Below, one piece after another: positions 61,801 to 64,000 of a DNA stretch of 64,000 bases; positions within the stretch are counted from its first letter, which is position 1; the number at the start of each line of letters is the position of its first letter. The stretch lies in the NCBI GenBank assembly GCA_043803205.1, contig JAZDKG010000044.1, forward strand, positions 2,503 through 66,502, written 5' to 3'. The notes beneath the pieces were generated by a model, which was not told the DNA's origin, did no database searches, and saw only the letters and a list, made by a program, of their open reading frames with translations. The stretch is from Planctomycetota bacterium. GTDB lineage: Bacteria; Planctomycetota; DG-23; JAZDKG01. The translations under genes and the position numbers were made by a program.

Positions 61801-63555
61801 ATGAAAGACGGTCGGACGCTTGAGTTGGCGCTTGTGGCGGCAGTCCTATTGGCGGGTGCGTGTGCGTGGGGAGAAGAGGAGCGGGTGATGGAGTGGCGGC
61901 AGTACCCGGTGCCGTATGGGACTCCCGATACAAAGCGCCCGCCGGACGAAGAGTTTCTCAAGCTCGTGCCGCCCCTCAAGAAGCTCGGCGCGATCAGCGA
62001 CGACGCCAAGGCGCTGGGCGTGGTCGTGTGGTGGGCGGACTACGGGCAGCTCCTCTTCTCTGAGCAGCCGCCGACCGACGAGGACCTCGCCCGCACGTCC
62101 GTGATCCGCACGCCCGCGGGCGAGGATGAGCCCGCGGTGCTGGCGCTGTGGGGCCTCCAGGACCTGGGCGAGGCGACGCTGCGCGCGAACGATCCCGTTT
62201 TCCCGGTGACGATCCGCACGGTGGAGTTTGAGCCGCGCAAGATCCCGGCGGACTATTTCAAATATCACATCGAAGGCGGACGCGTGGTCGGCATCTCCAC
62301 CTACTTGCCCGAGCGGTCCAACGTCCAGGTCAAGGCGGACGAGAATGTGGCGTTCTGGCTTACCGTGTCGGTTCCCGAAGACGCGCGGCCAGGCAACTAC
62401 GAAATCCCGCTGCGCCTGATCTTCAAGGACGCCAAGAAGGTCGTGACGCTTCCGGTGACGGTCGAGGTGCTCCCGTTCAAGTTGCCGCGCGCCAAGATCG
62501 CGTACGGGATGTACTTCCGCCCCTCGGAGAAGACGCTCAAGAACCCCCGCGATCGCACCCCGGAGAAACTCCGTTTCTACTGGCGCGACATGGCCAGGCA
62601 CGGGATGACGAGCGCTACGCTCTACAACTACACGCGCCTGCACGATAGCGAAGGGAATCTGAAGCTCGACGCTGTGCCGGTGCTCGCGTGGCTCCAGGAA
62701 ATGGTCGAGGAAGGCTTGGTCACGCCCGACGTGCCCGTCATGTTCCTAGACGGCGGCGGGTTCGATCTGGCGAATCCCAAGGCGCCCGAGATCCTCGCCG
62801 CGTTCAAGGCCGAGATCGCGAAGCGCCGCTGGCCGGAGTTCCTCTACTACGGTCCCGACGAGCCCGCGGTGAACGAACAAAGCCTGGCGAACTTCCGGCG
62901 ACTCGAACCCGTTCGCAAGGAGTTCCGTATCGTGACCGCGATCAGCGACCACGCCGCCAGCACATACGCGGACCTTCTCGATGTCTGGGTCGTGAACGCG
63001 GGGCGGACCGCGCCCGAAATCCAGGAACTCGCCGAGCGCAAGGGCGCGGAGCTTTGGAACTACACGTGTCATAACCGCGGGCGGGGCAATGCCCCCTTCC
63101 AAAGGTTCTATGCGGGGATCTACACGTGGGCGCTGCGCCTCAAGGGGAACTTCATCTGGGCGTACACGGAGAACTACACCCGGGAGCATGGGCAGTATCT
63201 CCCCTGGTCGCCCATCTACTGTTACGTGGTCCCCGGCGACGAAGGGGTGGTGCCCTCGATCGCTTGGGAGGCCCGCCGGGAAGGTGTCGAAGACCATCGG
63301 CTGCTGACTCTGCTCGAAGACCGGATCGCGCAACGCCCTGAGAACGACACGGCCCGGGAAGCCAAGACGTGGCTGGAGGAGGTGCGCGGCAAGGTCGATT
63401 GGTTCCTCGCGCGCAAGATGCCGCCCTCGCTCTACCCGTGGGACGGCCCCGAGCTCTACCCCTTGTGTCCCGACTTCGAGCCGAAAGAGTTGGCGCAGGT
63501 GCGCGCAAAGGCGATTAACTACTGCCTGACGCTCCTCGAAGGCGAGGGCGGCTAA
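61801..63555 (+). CDS. Secreted DUF4091 / GH123-like putative glycoside hydrolase
   Basis: Signal peptide (LALVAAVLLAGACAWG), a beta-sandwich region followed by a TIM-like region (…VWVVNAG…LWNYTCHN…FIWAY…). GGGAGGAA RBS. Confidence 0.6.
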   Translation: MKDGRTLELALVAAVLLAGACAWGEEERVMEWRQYPVPYGTPDTKRPPDEEFLKLVPPLKKLGAISDDAKALGVVVWWADYGQLLFSEQPPTDEDLARTSVIRTPAGEDEPAVLALWGLQDLGEATLRANDPVFPVTIRTVEFEPRKIPADYFKYHIEGGRVVGISTYLPERSNVQVKADENVAFWLTVSVPEDARPGNYEIPLRLIFKDAKKVVTLPVTVEVLPFKLPRAKIAYGMYFRPSEKTLKNPRDRTPEKLRFYWRDMARHGMTSATLYNYTRLHDSEGNLKLDAVPVLAWLQEMVEEGLVTPDVPVMFLDGGGFDLANPKAPEILAAFKAEIAKRRWPEFLYYGPDEPAVNEQSLANFRRLEPVRKEFRIVTAISDHAASTYADLLDVWVVNAGRTAPEIQELAERKGAELWNYTCHNRGRGNAPFQRFYAGIYTWALRLKGNFIWAYTENYTREHGQYLPWSPIYCYVVPGDEGVVPSIAWEARREGVEDHRLLTLLEDRIAQRPENDTAREAKTWLEEVRGKVDWFLARKMPPSLYPWDGPELYPLCPDFEPKELAQVRAKAINYCLTLLEGEGG

Positions 63556-63577
63556 GAAACCAGTGAAAGGAAAAACA

Positions 63578-64000
63578 ATGTCGCAGAAACCGCGTCCACC
63601 CATGATCCTTGCGGATGATTTCCTCCAGCGGAACAAGATCGCCTGGCGGATGGAGCCGGGGAAGAAGGACCCGAACAACCCTATCTTGTCGCCCAGGTAC
63701 CCTTGGGATTTGGGGGCGGTCTTCAGTCACGGGACGGCGCTCCTGGATCCGATCGACGGGCTCTACAAGATGTGGTACCTTTCCACGCCCAAGGAGAAGG
63801 GCCTCTACCGACAACTCACCTACGCCTATAGCGAGGACGGCGTGAAATGGGTGCGCCCGATGGTCGGGGTGTACCCGTTCGGGAAGCACAAGCGGACGAA
63901 CATCGTCCTGGGTACAAAGATGGGGGGCATCGTGTCGCAGGTGTCGGTGTTCATCCATCCCGACGCAGAGCCCGACAGGCGCTATGAGATGTTTTGCTAC
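63578..64000 (+). CDS. Five-bladed beta-propeller glycosidase-like protein (GH43/GH130 superfamily-like), N-terminal part; continues beyond the window
   Basis: Absent from the ORF track (no stop). My own translation from ATG 63578 gives MSQKPRPPMILADDFLQRNKIAWRMEPGKKDPNNPILSPRYPWDLGAVFSHGTALLDPIDGLYKMWYLS...YAYSEDGVKWVRP. Confidence 0.55.
   Translation, partial: MSQKPRPPMILADDFLQRNKIAWRMEPGKKDPNNPILSPRYPWDLGAVFSHGTALLDPIDGLYKMWYLSTPKEKGLYRQLTYAYSEDGVKWVRPMVGVYPFGKHKRTNIVLGTKMGGIVSQVSVFIHPDAEPDRRYEMFCY

Noticed and set aside
1-64000. Search by eye for CRISPR arrays, rRNA, tRNA, tmRNA, RNase P RNA and SRP RNA
   Set aside because: No regularly spaced direct repeats were seen. There is no GGTTCGAATCC-type T-arm with a matching acceptor stem, and no conserved RNase P (GAGGAAAGTCC) or tmRNA 5' (GGGGCTGA) signature. 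A covariance-model scan was not possible here, so absence is not proven.

Overview
High-GC (roughly 65% by eye) chromosome segment from a diderm bacterium. It is densely coding: about 47 CDS, with no rRNA, tRNA or CRISPR recognised. The ORF track contains many R/P/G/A-rich shadow ORFs typical of high-GC DNA, and it also uses GTG/TTG starts, so I re-derived several starts from RBS and overlap context.

Gene order, left to right:
- Partial GH3 glycosidase.
- A complete minus-strand Pho block: phoB-phoR, then porin-pstS-pstC-pstA-pstB-orf114-phoU.
- Lipoprotein alpha/beta hydrolase, MFS transporter, TMTC-like GT-C/TPR protein, URO-D-like protein, GHL10-like protein.
- A ~630-bp low-GC intergenic island holding a promoter/terminator-bounded ~250-nt orphan unit.
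- A GH63/MGH1-like glycosidase.
- A signalling supercluster (20.4-29.5 kb): a GspE/PilB-type ATPase with four MshEN-like motifs; a 1087-aa protein made of 13-residue helical repeats, a beta-propeller and a C-terminal Ser/Thr kinase; an FHA-GAF histidine kinase with a CheY-like receiver; an orphan ptb; and a second, paralogous receiver.
- A CusCBA-type heavy-metal RND operon with an enlarged pump.
- A 1302-aa LplT-PlsC-ACP-Aas fusion.
- A LAB_N / metallophosphoesterase / GT-C / GT2 / HldD-like envelope glycosylation cluster.
- A non-Pyl MttB homologue, an M28 peptidase, a thioredoxin-like protein and a BNR sialidase-like protein.
- pdxA translationally coupled to a TPR gene, an FHA/GYF/zinc-ribbon protein and a Gfo/Idh/MocA-ThuA pair.
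- A MarC fragment abutting an IS1380-like transposase tail.
- A glycan-degradation block led by a 1404-aa multidomain gene of lower GC.

The best candidate for an undescribed system is the ATPase - kinase - FHA/HK - RR - Ptb - RR locus. All functional calls come from motif recognition by eye; no database search was run.
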